A stretch of 26,467 nt of DNA from Thermoleophilaceae bacterium (GTDB lineage Bacteria; Actinomycetota; Thermoleophilia; Solirubrobacterales; Thermoleophilaceae), in NCBI GenBank assembly GCA_035296645.1, contig DATHAN010000340.1:1-26467 (forward strand), read 5' to 3'. The translations under genes and the position numbers were made by a program. Every line of letters begins with the position of its first letter. Within the stretch, counting starts at the first letter, position 1. The notes under the pieces are model-generated. The model searched no databases. It was not told the DNA's origin and saw only the letters and a program-made list of their open reading frames with translations. Positions 8,278 through 17,226 of the stretch are shown here, one piece after another.

Positions 8278-8834
8278 GCGCGCCCGAGCGGGTCGCCCCG
8301 GGCGAGAAGCGGCGCGACCGCGCCCTTCTGGTCGTGATCACCGGCAACGGCAAGGGCAAGTCGACCTCCGCCTTCGGGACGATGCTCCGCGGCTGGGCGC
8401 GCGGCTACCGGATCGGCGTCTTCCAATTCGTCAAGTCGGGCAAGTGGAAGGTCGGCGAGCACCGCGCCGCGCGCGAGCTAGGCGGGATCGAGTGGGAGAA
8501 GATGGGCGACGGCTGGACCTGGACCTCGCGCGATCTCGAGCAGAGCGCCGACCTCGCCCGCGAGGGGTGGGAAGAGGTGAAGCGCCGGATCGCCGCCGAG
8601 ACCTACGACCTGCTCGTCCTCGACGAGTTCACCTACCCACTCACCTTCGGCTGGCTCGACACCACCGACGTCGTCGACACCCTCCGCGACCGGCCCGGCT
8701 TCCAGCACGTGATCGTCACCGGCCGCGACGCCGCGCGGGAGCTGATCGAAATCGCCGACCTGGTCAGCGAGGTGAGCAAGGTCAAGCATCCCTTCGACGA
8801 GGGGATCCGCGGCCAGCAGGGGATCGAGTGGTAG
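8274..8834 (+). CDS. cobO: Cob(I)yrinic acid a,c-diamide adenosyltransferase CobO/BtuR
   Basis: TGNGKGKSTSAFG, QFVKSG, LVLDE, VIVTGR, KHPFDEGIRGQQGIEW. ATG at 8274 overlaps the upstream stop. Confidence 0.96.
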   Translation: MSAPERVAPGEKRRDRALLVVITGNGKGKSTSAFGTMLRGWARGYRIGVFQFVKSGKWKVGEHRAARELGGIEWEKMGDGWTWTSRDLEQSADLAREGWEEVKRRIAAETYDLLVLDEFTYPLTFGWLDTTDVVDTLRDRPGFQHVIVTGRDAARELIEIADLVSEVSKVKHPFDEGIRGQQGIEW

Positions 8835-9763
8835 AGGCGCTCCTCATCCTCGACGGCGCCGCCGAGCGTCCCGTCGTAGAGCCGACGAGCCTCGAGCGCG
8901 CGCACACCCCGGCGCTCGACGCGCTCTGCGCCCAAGGCAGCGTGCGCTCGCTAACCACGATCCCGCCGGGGCTCGAGCCCGGCAGCGAAACGGGTATCCC
9001 GACCCTGCTCGGCTTTCCCCTGGACGGGCAGCCCTCCCGAGGGTTGATCGAGGCGGCGGCGGCCGCGATCAATGTGCCGCCGGGCATGAGCGCGTGGCGC
9101 TGCGACCTCTATCTCGGCGGCGCCCGCCACCGTCCCCGCCAGCCCGCCTATACCGGGTGTGCGCTCGAGGCCTCGGCGCCGGGGTTCCGGGCCTTCCACC
9201 TCCGCGGCCACCGCTTCCTCCTCGTCGGCTCGGGACGCCCGCGGCCGCACTTGCCGGGCCTCGAGCTGTGCGTGTGGGGCGACGGCGCGCCGCTTGGGCC
9301 GACGCTCGATCGGAGCACGGTGGTGATCTGCGGCCCCGGCGCCGCCGCCGGTATCGCCCGCCTGCTCGGCGCCCGGGCGCGGATCCCCGCCGGCGCCACC
9401 GGGGAGCGGCGAACCGACCTCGCGGCCAAGTGCCGCGCCGCGCTCGAGGAGCTCTGGCGCAGCGAGCGCGTAGTCGTCCATGTCGCCGCGCCCGACGAGG
9501 CCGCTCACGAGCACGATCCGGAGGGCAAGGTGCGGGCGCTCGAGGCGATTGACGCCGAGCTCGTCGGGCCGCTCGCCGCCGCGGCGCTTCGCTGCGGGGG
9601 GCGGATCACAGTCGCCCCCGACCACGCCACTGACTCGCACACCGGCGAGCACCTCAGCCAACCCGTCCCCGCGGTCGTCGCCGGAGCGGGCGTGCGCGCC
9701 TCGGGCCCGGAGCGCCTGGCCGAGCGCCTCCTCGATGCCGAACTGCCGGCGGTGGGTACGTGA
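8828..9763 (+). CDS. ApgM-like (cofactor-independent phosphoglycerate mutase / proposed homoserine kinase family) alkaline-phosphatase-superfamily metalloenzyme
   Basis: 311 aa from GTG 8828. Motifs: ILDG(D9), TSLERAHTPALDAL, PPGLEPGS(S53), RGLIEAA, AWRCDL, VWGDG, GATG...TD...K, APDEAAH(D223,H227), GKVRALEAID, APDH(D265,H266), GEH..PVP(H275). Confidence 0.85.
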   Translation: MVEALLILDGAAERPVVEPTSLERAHTPALDALCAQGSVRSLTTIPPGLEPGSETGIPTLLGFPLDGQPSRGLIEAAAAAINVPPGMSAWRCDLYLGGARHRPRQPAYTGCALEASAPGFRAFHLRGHRFLLVGSGRPRPHLPGLELCVWGDGAPLGPTLDRSTVVICGPGAAAGIARLLGARARIPAGATGERRTDLAAKCRAALEELWRSERVVVHVAAPDEAAHEHDPEGKVRALEAIDAELVGPLAAAALRCGGRITVAPDHATDSHTGEHLSQPVPAVVAGAGVRASGPERLAERLLDAELPAVGT

Positions 9764-11148
9764 TCCCCCGGCTTGTGATTGCGGCCCCGGGCTCGGGCGC
9801 GGGCAAGACGACGGTCGCGACCGGGTTGCTCGCGGCGCTCGCCAGGCGCGGGCTGCGGCCGGCCGCGTTCAAGGTCGGCCCCGACTTCATCGATCCCTCC
9901 TACCACCGGCTCGCGAGCGGCCGCCCCGGCCGGAACCTCGACGCCTTCCTCTCCGGCGAGGACCTGATAGCGCCGCTTTTCTGCCACGGCGCCGAGGGCG
10001 CCGGGATTGCGGTGATCGAGGGGGTGATGGGCCTCTTCGACGGCCGCCGCGGCAGCGACGACCTCGCGTCGACCGCCCATGTCGCGCGCCTGCTCCGAGC
10101 GCCGGTGGTACTTGTCGTCGACGCCCGCGCCATGGCGGGTTCGGTCGCCGCCCTTGTCGCCGGCTTCGCCTCCTTCGACCCGAACGTGCGCGTCGCCGGC
10201 GTCGTCCTCAACCGGGTCGGCTCGTCGGTGCACGAGGAGATGCTCCGCGACGCGCTCGCACGGGTCGAGATGCCCGTGATCGGAGCGCTGGGACGCGACG
10301 AGGTGCTCGCCGTTCCCGAGCGCCACCTGGGCCTCGTCCCGACCGCGGAGCGCGACGAAGCCGCCCGCCGCACCGTCGCGGAGCTGGGCGAGCGGGTCGC
10401 CGGCGCCTGCGATCTCGATGCGGTCGTCCGCCTCGCCCACGAAGCAGGCCCGCTCGCCGTGGGCCGCTGGCGGCCGGACGAGGCGGTCGCGGCGGCGAGG
10501 GCGGAGCCGGGCGGTGATCCGATCCGGATCGCAGTTGCGAGCGGACCCGCGTTCAGCTTCCGCTACGAGGAGAACCTCGAGCTGCTGCGTGCAGCCGGGG
10601 CGGAGTTGTTCGAGTTCAACCCGCTCGCTGGCGAGCTGCCCGCGGGCGCCGACGGCCTGCTCCTCGGCGGCGGCTTCCCGGAGGCGTTCGCGGCCGAGCT
10701 GAGCGAGGCGCGCGCGCTGCGCGAAACGATGCGCGAGCTCGCCGCTGCCGGGCGGCCGGTGATCGCGGAATGCGGCGGCCTCCTCTTCCTCTGCCGCGAG
10801 CTCGACGGGCGGCCAATGTGCGGAGTGATCGAGGCGAGCGCGCGGATGGGCGACCGGCTCACACTCGGCTACCGCGAAGCCGAGGCCGCGAGCGACTCCG
10901 CGATCGCCCCCGCGGGCGAGCGCTTGCGTGGGCACGAGTTCCACTACTCGACCGTCGAGCCCGAGTCCGGCACTTCGCCGGCGTGGCGCGTCTACAGGCG
11001 CGGACGATTTACCGAGGAAGGCTTCGTCCGCGCCGGCGTCCATGCCAGCTATCTGCACACCCACTGGGCAGCGACCCCCGCGGTCGCGGCACGGCTCGTC
11101 AGCTCCGCGCGTGCGGCGCGGCCGGGGCTTGTCGGAGGACCTGCGTGA
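9760..11148 (+). CDS. cobB: Hydrogenobyrinate/cobyrinate a,c-diamide synthase CobB
   Basis: IPRLVIAAPGSGAGKTT, FKVGPDFIDP, IEGVMGLFDG, PERHLGLVP, AECGG, RGHEFHYS. Confidence 0.97.
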   Translation: MIPRLVIAAPGSGAGKTTVATGLLAALARRGLRPAAFKVGPDFIDPSYHRLASGRPGRNLDAFLSGEDLIAPLFCHGAEGAGIAVIEGVMGLFDGRRGSDDLASTAHVARLLRAPVVLVVDARAMAGSVAALVAGFASFDPNVRVAGVVLNRVGSSVHEEMLRDALARVEMPVIGALGRDEVLAVPERHLGLVPTAERDEAARRTVAELGERVAGACDLDAVVRLAHEAGPLAVGRWRPDEAVAAARAEPGGDPIRIAVASGPAFSFRYEENLELLRAAGAELFEFNPLAGELPAGADGLLLGGGFPEAFAAELSEARALRETMRELAAAGRPVIAECGGLLFLCRELDGRPMCGVIEASARMGDRLTLGYREAEAASDSAIAPAGERLRGHEFHYSTVEPESGTSPAWRVYRRGRFTEEGFVRAGVHASYLHTHWAATPAVAARLVSSARAARPGLVGGPA

Positions 11149-11921
11149 GTGGCCCGGGAGGACGGGTCGTCTTCGTCGGCGCTGGCCCTGGCGCGGCCGA
11201 CCTGATCACCCTGCGCGGGGCGCGGGCGATCGCCGCCGCCGACATTGTGCTGTGGGCGCGGAGCCTGGTGATGGAGGAGCTCGTCCTCGAGCACGCGCAC
11301 GACGGCGCGGAGCTGGTCGACTCGGCGCCGCTGACGCTCGAGGACCAGCGCGATATCTACGAGCGCGCCGCACGCGACGGGCTGGTCGTTGGCCGGATTC
11401 ACTCCGGCGATCCCTCGGTCTACAGCGCCGTCGCCGAGCAGATCTGGGTCCTCGAGGAGATCGGGCTTCCGTACGAGATCGTCCCCGGCGTCGGCTCACT
11501 CTCCGCCGCCGCCGCCGCGCTCGGCCAGGAGCTGACCGTGCCCGAGCGGGCGCAGTCGCTGATCCTCACCCGGCGCCAGGGCCGGTCGCCGATGCCGGCG
11601 GGAGAGCGCCTCGAGAGCTTCGCCAGGCACGGGACGACCATCGCCCTCTTCCTCTCGATCGCCCGGCCCGCCGAGCTGCGCGACGAGCTCCTCGCGGGCG
11701 GGTATGCGCCCGAGACCTCGTGTGCCGTCGTCCATCGCGCCTCGTGGCCGGACGAGCGGGTCGTCCGCTGCCAGCTCGGCGAGCTCGCCGAGCGACTGTG
11801 CGAGGCCCGGATCGAGCGCCAGGCGCTGGTGATCGTCGGGCCCGGCCTGCGCCCGGCCTCGACGCGATCGCATCTGTACGATCCCAAGCACGGCCACCGA
11901 TTCCGCGAGGCGGTCGTCTGA
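11145..11921 (+). CDS. cobM: Precorrin-4 C11-methyltransferase CobM
   Basis: FVGAGPGAADLITLRG, RIHSGDPSVYSA, QELTVPE..QSLILTR, HRASWPDE, SHLYDP. GTG at 11145 overlaps the cobB stop. Confidence 0.95.
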   Translation: MSGPGGRVVFVGAGPGAADLITLRGARAIAAADIVLWARSLVMEELVLEHAHDGAELVDSAPLTLEDQRDIYERAARDGLVVGRIHSGDPSVYSAVAEQIWVLEEIGLPYEIVPGVGSLSAAAAALGQELTVPERAQSLILTRRQGRSPMPAGERLESFARHGTTIALFLSIARPAELRDELLAGGYAPETSCAVVHRASWPDERVVRCQLGELAERLCEARIERQALVIVGPGLRPASTRSHLYDPKHGHRFREAVV

Positions 11922-13507
11922 TGGCGCTCGTCCTCGTCACCGGTGGGACCCGCTCGGGCAAGAGCGAGCTTGCCGAGCGGCTCGTCGCCGAGGCGGGGAT
12001 CCCGGTGAGCTACGTCGCCAACGGCACCGCCGCGGACGCCGAGATCGAGGAGCGGATCGCCGCCCATCGCGCGCGCCGCCCGCCGGAGTGGAAGACCGTC
12101 GAGACCTCCGACCCAGTTGCGGCACTCGAGAGCGCCGACGGCCGCGCGCTCCTGCTCGACTCGCTCGGCGGCTGGGTCGCGGCGCTGCTTTCCGAGGGCA
12201 CGACGGTGCCGGAGGGGCCGGTGGCGCCGCTCGGCGATGACGGCCGCCGCGAGCGGGCGGGGCGGCTGGCACGGATCGAGCGCTTCGCTGTCCGCGCTGC
12301 GGCGCGGCCTGAGCCGACCGTCGTTGTCGCGGAGGAGGCCGGGCTCGGCCTCGTCCCGCCGAACGCCGCCGGACGCCGCTTCCTCGACGTCCTCGGCGAG
12401 GCGGCGCAGGTGATCTCCGCCGCGGCCGCGCGGGTCGTCCTCGTGGTCGCCGGGCGGCCGCTCGAGCTCGTCCCTGAGCGACGGCACGAGCTCGTGCCCG
12501 AGCTTCGCTTCCATGGCGACGAGCTCAGTCGCGGGGCCCACGAGGACCACGCCGTTAGCGTCGTCGCCGAGGAGCGCCCGCCGTGGCTCGAGCAGGCGCT
12601 CGCGGCCGGGATCCGCGCCGGCGACCGCTATCCGGACGAGCGCCGTGCGCGCGCGGCGATCGCCCGCCGCCATGGCCGCGCGCCGGAGGAGATCGTGCTC
12701 ACGAACGGCGCCAACGAGGCGTTTTGGCTGCTCGCTGCGGCGCTGCGGCCCCACCATGCGGTCTGTGTCCATCCCGCCTACACCGAGCCGGAGGCCGCCC
12801 TGCGCGCGCACGGAGTCACCGTCGAACGTGCCTGCCGTGGGCCTGGCTTCAGGCTCGACCCGGACACGATCCCGGCCGGCGCCGACCTCGTCATTTGCGA
12901 CAACCCGAACAATCCCTCCGGCCGGCTTGAGCCGGCGGCGCGTATCGAGGCGCTCGCCCGCCCCGGGCGGACCCTGGTAGTCGACGAGGCGTTCATCGAG
13001 CTCGTCCCCGGCGAGCTCGAGAGCGTCGCCGGGCGGACCGGGGTCCCGGGGCTTGTCGTGATTCGCAGTCTGACCAAGCTTTGGTCGCTTCCCGGGATCC
13101 GCGCCGGGTACCTGCTCGCGCCGCTGCCGGTGGCGCGGGCGGTCGAGCGGATTAGACCCTCGTGGAACGTGAACGCGGTCGCGCTCGGCGCGATCGAGGC
13201 GTGCGCGCCCCGGGTAGCCGAGGGCCGCGAGCGGGCCGAGCGGGTGGCGCGGGAGCGGCGGCGGCTCGAGGCGGGGCTGGCCCAGATCGCCGCGCTCAAG
13301 AGCTGGCCCTCGGTCGCGAACTTCGTCCTTGCCCGGGCGCACGGCGGCGAGCGGCTTGCTGCGCGCCTGCTCGAGCGCGGGACCGCTGTGCGCCCATGCG
13401 GCAGCTTCCCGGGCCTCGACGGCGATCACCTGCGGATCTCCGTCCGCGCCCCGGACTCGAACCAGCGCCTGCTCGCAGGGCTGACGGAGGTGCTCGCAAC
13501 CGCATGA
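11921..13507 (+). CDS. cobU: Fusion: adenosylcobinamide kinase/guanylyltransferase (CobU/CobP) + PLP-dependent L-threonine-O-3-phosphate decarboxylase (Salmonella CobD / Pseudomonas CobC type)
   Basis: 528 aa single frame. N-part: LVTGGTRSGKSELAE, RIAAHRARRP, LLDSLGGW, EEAGLGLVP, VVLVVAG. C-part: FHGD, LTNGANEAF, NPNNPSG, VVDEAF, RSLTKLWSLPGIRAGY (PLP Lys), RISVR. Confidence 0.9.
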   Translation: MALVLVTGGTRSGKSELAERLVAEAGIPVSYVANGTAADAEIEERIAAHRARRPPEWKTVETSDPVAALESADGRALLLDSLGGWVAALLSEGTTVPEGPVAPLGDDGRRERAGRLARIERFAVRAAARPEPTVVVAEEAGLGLVPPNAAGRRFLDVLGEAAQVISAAAARVVLVVAGRPLELVPERRHELVPELRFHGDELSRGAHEDHAVSVVAEERPPWLEQALAAGIRAGDRYPDERRARAAIARRHGRAPEEIVLTNGANEAFWLLAAALRPHHAVCVHPAYTEPEAALRAHGVTVERACRGPGFRLDPDTIPAGADLVICDNPNNPSGRLEPAARIEALARPGRTLVVDEAFIELVPGELESVAGRTGVPGLVVIRSLTKLWSLPGIRAGYLLAPLPVARAVERIRPSWNVNAVALGAIEACAPRVAEGRERAERVARERRRLEAGLAQIAALKSWPSVANFVLARAHGGERLAARLLERGTAVRPCGSFPGLDGDHLRISVRAPDSNQRLLAGLTEVLATA

Positions 13508-14577
13508 GGCATCGAATGAGCGTTGAAGATGCCCTGGCGTGTATCTGTGCCGAGATCAAGCCCGTCGACGAAGACGCGGCGGCCACCGCCCGCGCCCGTC
13601 ACGACCAGCTCCTCAAGCCGCCCGGCAGCCTCGGCCGGCTCGAGGAGCTCGGAGCATGGCTCGCGGCCGTCGCCGGCAAGTGCCCGCCGCCACTTCCGGA
13701 GCGCCCGGCGGTGCTCGTCTGCGCCGGCGACCACGGCGTCGTGTCCCGTGGCATCTCGGCCTGGCCCTCGGAGGTGACCGCGGTCATGGTCGGGGAGTTC
13801 TGCGCCGACCGCGCCGCCGTCAACGCGCTTGCGCGCACAGCCGGCGCCAGCGTCAGCGTGCTCGACGTCGGCGTCGGCGTCGAGCTCCCCGCGCACCCGC
13901 TGCTGAAGCGGAGCAAGGTCCGCGCCGGCGCCGCCGACCTCGCTGCCGGCCCGGCGATGAGTCGCGAGGAGGCTGCGCGCGCGGTCGTCTGTGGCGTCGA
14001 CCTCGCCGAGCAGCTCGTCGCGAACGGGGCGGACATGCTGATCGGCGGCGATATGGGGATCGGCAACACGACGCCGGCGGCCTGCCTGATCGCCGCCTTC
14101 ACCGGACACCCCGCGGAGGAGGTCACTGGCCCTGGAGCCGGAGGAGATGCGGCCGCCGTCGCGCACAAGGCAGAGGTCGTACGCGCCGCGCTGGCGCTGC
14201 ACGCGCCGGATTCCGCCGACGGCCTCGGCACGCTGGCCGCCGTCGGCGGACTTGAGCACGCCGCGATCGCCGGCTTCATCCTCGGCGCCGCACGCGAGCA
14301 AGTGCCGCTGATCCTCGACGGCGTCTCCACCGTCGCTGCGGCGCTCGTCGCCCGCGCGCTCTCTCCTGCGGCGCTCGGCTACGCCGTCGCCGGCCACCGT
14401 TCGACCGAGCCCGGCGCGAGCGCCGCGCTCGAGGCGCTCGGGCTGGACCCGCTGCTCGAGCTCGGGATGCGCCTCGGCGAGGCGACGGGGGGCGTCCTGG
14501 CGGCACCGATCGTGCGCGCGGCGGCGGCGGCGCTCACGGAGATGGCGACCTTCGAGGAGGCTGGGATCACGGCATGA
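13504..14577 (+). CDS. cobT: Nicotinate-nucleotide--dimethylbenzimidazole phosphoribosyltransferase CobT
   Basis: LLKPPGSLGRLEELG, AGDHGV, GDMGIGNTT, GMRLGEATG, MATFEEAGI. Start could alternatively be ATG 13516. Confidence 0.95.
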   Translation: MRHRMSVEDALACICAEIKPVDEDAAATARARHDQLLKPPGSLGRLEELGAWLAAVAGKCPPPLPERPAVLVCAGDHGVVSRGISAWPSEVTAVMVGEFCADRAAVNALARTAGASVSVLDVGVGVELPAHPLLKRSKVRAGAADLAAGPAMSREEAARAVVCGVDLAEQLVANGADMLIGGDMGIGNTTPAACLIAAFTGHPAEEVTGPGAGGDAAAVAHKAEVVRAALALHAPDSADGLGTLAAVGGLEHAAIAGFILGAAREQVPLILDGVSTVAAALVARALSPAALGYAVAGHRSTEPGASAALEALGLDPLLELGMRLGEATGGVLAAPIVRAAAAALTEMATFEEAGITA

Positions 14578-15335
14578 GGGCGATCGGTTCCGCGCTCGCC
14601 TTCCTGACGGTGATCCCGGTCGGCGCCCGCGCCGGTGCCGTCGACCGCGCGACCCTGCTCGCCTTTCCGCTCGCCGGACTCGCGATCGGCTCGGTTGCGG
14701 GGGTTGCCGCCTGGGGCGCAAGCTCGGCGTGGAGCCCGTTCGTCGCGGCGGCGCTCGTCGTCGCCCTCGAGCTCCTCCTCACCGGCGCACTGCACGCGGA
14801 CGCGGTCGCCGACGTCGCCGACGGGCTCGCGAGCCGGCGCGAGTCCGAAGACGCGCTGGCGATCATGCGCGAGCCCCAGATCGGCGCCGTCGGCGCCGCC
14901 GCCGTCGCCGCAGCCCTGCTCCTGCGCTTCGCGTGGCTCGCGGTTCTCGCCGGGGCGGAGCTGTGGGCGCTGATTGCGCTCGCTCCTGTATGCGGCCGGA
15001 CCGCGATGGTCGTCGCGCTCTCGGTCTCGGCCGACGGCGGCGGTCCCTCGCTCGCGCGCGGCTTTGCCGCCGCGGCGACACCGGCGGTGAGCGCGGGCGC
15101 GATCACCCTCGCGGCGCTCGCCTGTCTCGGCGGCGGCATGCTCGCGGCCGCCGGCACCGGCGAAGGCGTGGCGCTGGCGGCGCTCGCCGCGGCGGTCGTC
15201 ATCGCCCTTGCCTGCGAGCGCGGCTGGCGGCGGCACTTCGGCCCGCTCAGCGGCGACGCCGCCGGCGCCACCGGAGTCGCCGCCGAGCTGGCGGCCCTCG
15301 CCATATTCGCACTGGTCCCAGCGGTGTCGGCGTGA
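14574..15335 (+). CDS. cobS: Adenosylcobinamide-GDP ribazoletransferase (cobalamin synthase) CobS
   Basis: ALAFLTVIP, LTGALHADAVADVADG, IMREPQIGAVG, FGPLSGDAAGA; hydrophobic multi-TM protein. Confidence 0.93.
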   Translation: MRAIGSALAFLTVIPVGARAGAVDRATLLAFPLAGLAIGSVAGVAAWGASSAWSPFVAAALVVALELLLTGALHADAVADVADGLASRRESEDALAIMREPQIGAVGAAAVAAALLLRFAWLAVLAGAELWALIALAPVCGRTAMVVALSVSADGGGPSLARGFAAAATPAVSAGAITLAALACLGGGMLAAAGTGEGVALAALAAAVVIALACERGWRRHFGPLSGDAAGATGVAAELAALAIFALVPAVSA

Positions 15336-16603
15336 GCGGCGCGCCTGCACGGGCGCCGCGGCTCTGCGCCCGCACTGAGGCCGACCGCTGCCCGGGCGTC
15401 GCGCTCCTCCACGAGGCCCTCGACGGCCGCCTGGCGCGGGTCCGGCTGCCCGGTGGCCGCGCCAGCGGCACTCAGCTCAGCGCCCTCGCCGTCGCCGCCC
15501 GGCTTGGCAGCGGCATCGCCGAGATCACGTCGCGCGCGAACATCCAGCTCCGCGGCCTGCCCGAGGGCGCCAGCGAGGCGCTCGCATCGATCCTCGGCGA
15601 CGCCGGGCTCCTCCCCTCCCTCGAGCACGAGCGCGCCCGCAACGTCCTCGCGAGCCCGCTCGTCGGCCGCCATCCCGGCGCCGCCGGCGAGCCCGGGATT
15701 GCGGTCGAGCTCGACCGTCTCGTCACCGCGCTCGACCAGGGACTCTGCTCCGACCCGGAGCTGGCGGCCCTCCCGGGCCGGTTCTCGTTCCTGGTCGAAG
15801 ACGGAAGCGGGCTCCTCCGCGGCCTCGACCACGACGTCGCCCTGCTCGTCGTCGCCGACGGCTCGGCAGCGACACTAACCCTCGACGGGCGCGAGACCGA
15901 TCGGCGGGTACCGCTCACCGAGGCGGCCGGGCTCGCCCTCGCGTCGGCGCGCGCCTTCCTCGCCGAGCGCGGCCGCGCACAGGCGTGGCGGATCCGCGAG
16001 CTCCCCGGCGGCGCGGAGGCGGTCGCGTCGCGGCTTGCCGCCCGGCTTGCGGACGAGCCGGGCCCGCGCCGGCGATCGGAGCCGTCGCCGGTGCCGGGCC
16101 GGGTGCGCCAGCGCGACGGGCGCTTTGCGATCACCGCGCTCCCGCCGCTCGCCCGGCTCAACCCGGAAGCACTCGAGCGGCTCGCCGCGCTCGCCCCCGG
16201 CGTTCGCCTTTCTCCGTGGCGGACGCTCACCCTCCCCGACGTCGCCGAGGCCGACGCCGCCGCGGTCGAGCGCGAGCTCGGCGAGCTCGGCCTCGTCCTC
16301 GACCCGGACTCGGGTTGGCGCGGCCTCTCCGCCTGCGCCGGGCTCGGCGCCTGCGCACGGGCGCGAGCAGACGTGCGCGCCGCAGCCGCCGCGCGCGCGG
16401 CCCGGCGCGGGCCGGGTGCGCCAGCCGAGCACTGGACCGCGTGCGAGCATCGTTGTGGCGAGCGGAGCGGCGTTCCGTTCGCCGTTTCGTTCAGGGCCGA
16501 CGCGGTGGAGGTACGGACGGGCACCGCCCGCGGGCTGGTCACCGGCACGGACGAGGCGCTCGCAGTGCTCGCCGCCGAGACGCGGGAGGAGGGGAAGGCG
16601 TGA
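15332..16603 (+). CDS. cobG: Precorrin-3B synthase CobG (nitrite/sulfite-reductase-like)
   Basis: DRCPG...ALDGRLARVRLPGG, EITSRANIQLRG, SLEHERARNVLASP, LPGRFSF, and Cys motifs SACAGLGAC and HWTACEHRCG; 423 aa from GTG 15332. Confidence 0.92.
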   Translation: MSGAPARAPRLCARTEADRCPGVALLHEALDGRLARVRLPGGRASGTQLSALAVAARLGSGIAEITSRANIQLRGLPEGASEALASILGDAGLLPSLEHERARNVLASPLVGRHPGAAGEPGIAVELDRLVTALDQGLCSDPELAALPGRFSFLVEDGSGLLRGLDHDVALLVVADGSAATLTLDGRETDRRVPLTEAAGLALASARAFLAERGRAQAWRIRELPGGAEAVASRLAARLADEPGPRRRSEPSPVPGRVRQRDGRFAITALPPLARLNPEALERLAALAPGVRLSPWRTLTLPDVAEADAAAVERELGELGLVLDPDSGWRGLSACAGLGACARARADVRAAAAARAARRGPGAPAEHWTACEHRCGERSGVPFAVSFRADAVEVRTGTARGLVTGTDEALAVLAAETREEGKA

Positions 16604-17226
16604 ATACCTACGTCCGCGACGGGGCGGCGATCTACCGCGAGTCGTTCTCGATCATCCGCGCCGAGGCCGAGCTGGATCGCTTCGACGAGGTGCTCGAGCG
16701 GGCCGCGGTGCGGATGATCCATGCCTGCGGCATGGTCGATCTCGCCGACGACGTCGAGGCCTCGCCGGGATTCGGCGCAGCTGCCGTCGCCGCGCTCCGC
16801 GCCGGCGCCCCGATCCTCTGCGACACCTCGATGGTCGCGGCGGGCGTTACCCGCGCGCGGCTTCCCGCCGACAACGAGGTGATCTGCACTCTCGCCGATC
16901 CGCGGGTGGCGGCGCTCGCGAGGGAGCTCGGCAACACGAGGACCGCGGCGGCGCTCGAGCTCTGTCGCGATCGCCTCGCAGGTGCGCTCGTCGTAGTCGG
17001 CAACGCACCGACGGCGTTGTTCCGGCTACTCGAGCTCGTCGCCGTGAGCGCCGAGCGCCCCGCGGCCGTGATCGGCGTGCCGGTCGGCTTCGTCGGTGCC
17101 GCCGAGTCGAAGCGGGCGCTTGCCGAGACCAGCGCCGGCCTCGAGTACCTCGTCGTCCACGGGCGCCGCGGCGGCAGCGCGATCGCGGCCGCGGCGGTGA
17201 ACGCGCTCGCGAGCGAGGAGGAGTGA
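16600..17226 (+). CDS. cobH: Precorrin-8X methylmutase CobH
   Basis: YVRDGAAIYRESFSIIRAEA, RMIHACG, VGNAPTALF, GVPVGFVGAAESK, GRRGGS. Confidence 0.97.
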   Translation: MNTYVRDGAAIYRESFSIIRAEAELDRFDEVLERAAVRMIHACGMVDLADDVEASPGFGAAAVAALRAGAPILCDTSMVAAGVTRARLPADNEVICTLADPRVAALARELGNTRTAAALELCRDRLAGALVVVGNAPTALFRLLELVAVSAERPAAVIGVPVGFVGAAESKRALAETSAGLEYLVVHGRRGGSAIAAAAVNALASEEE

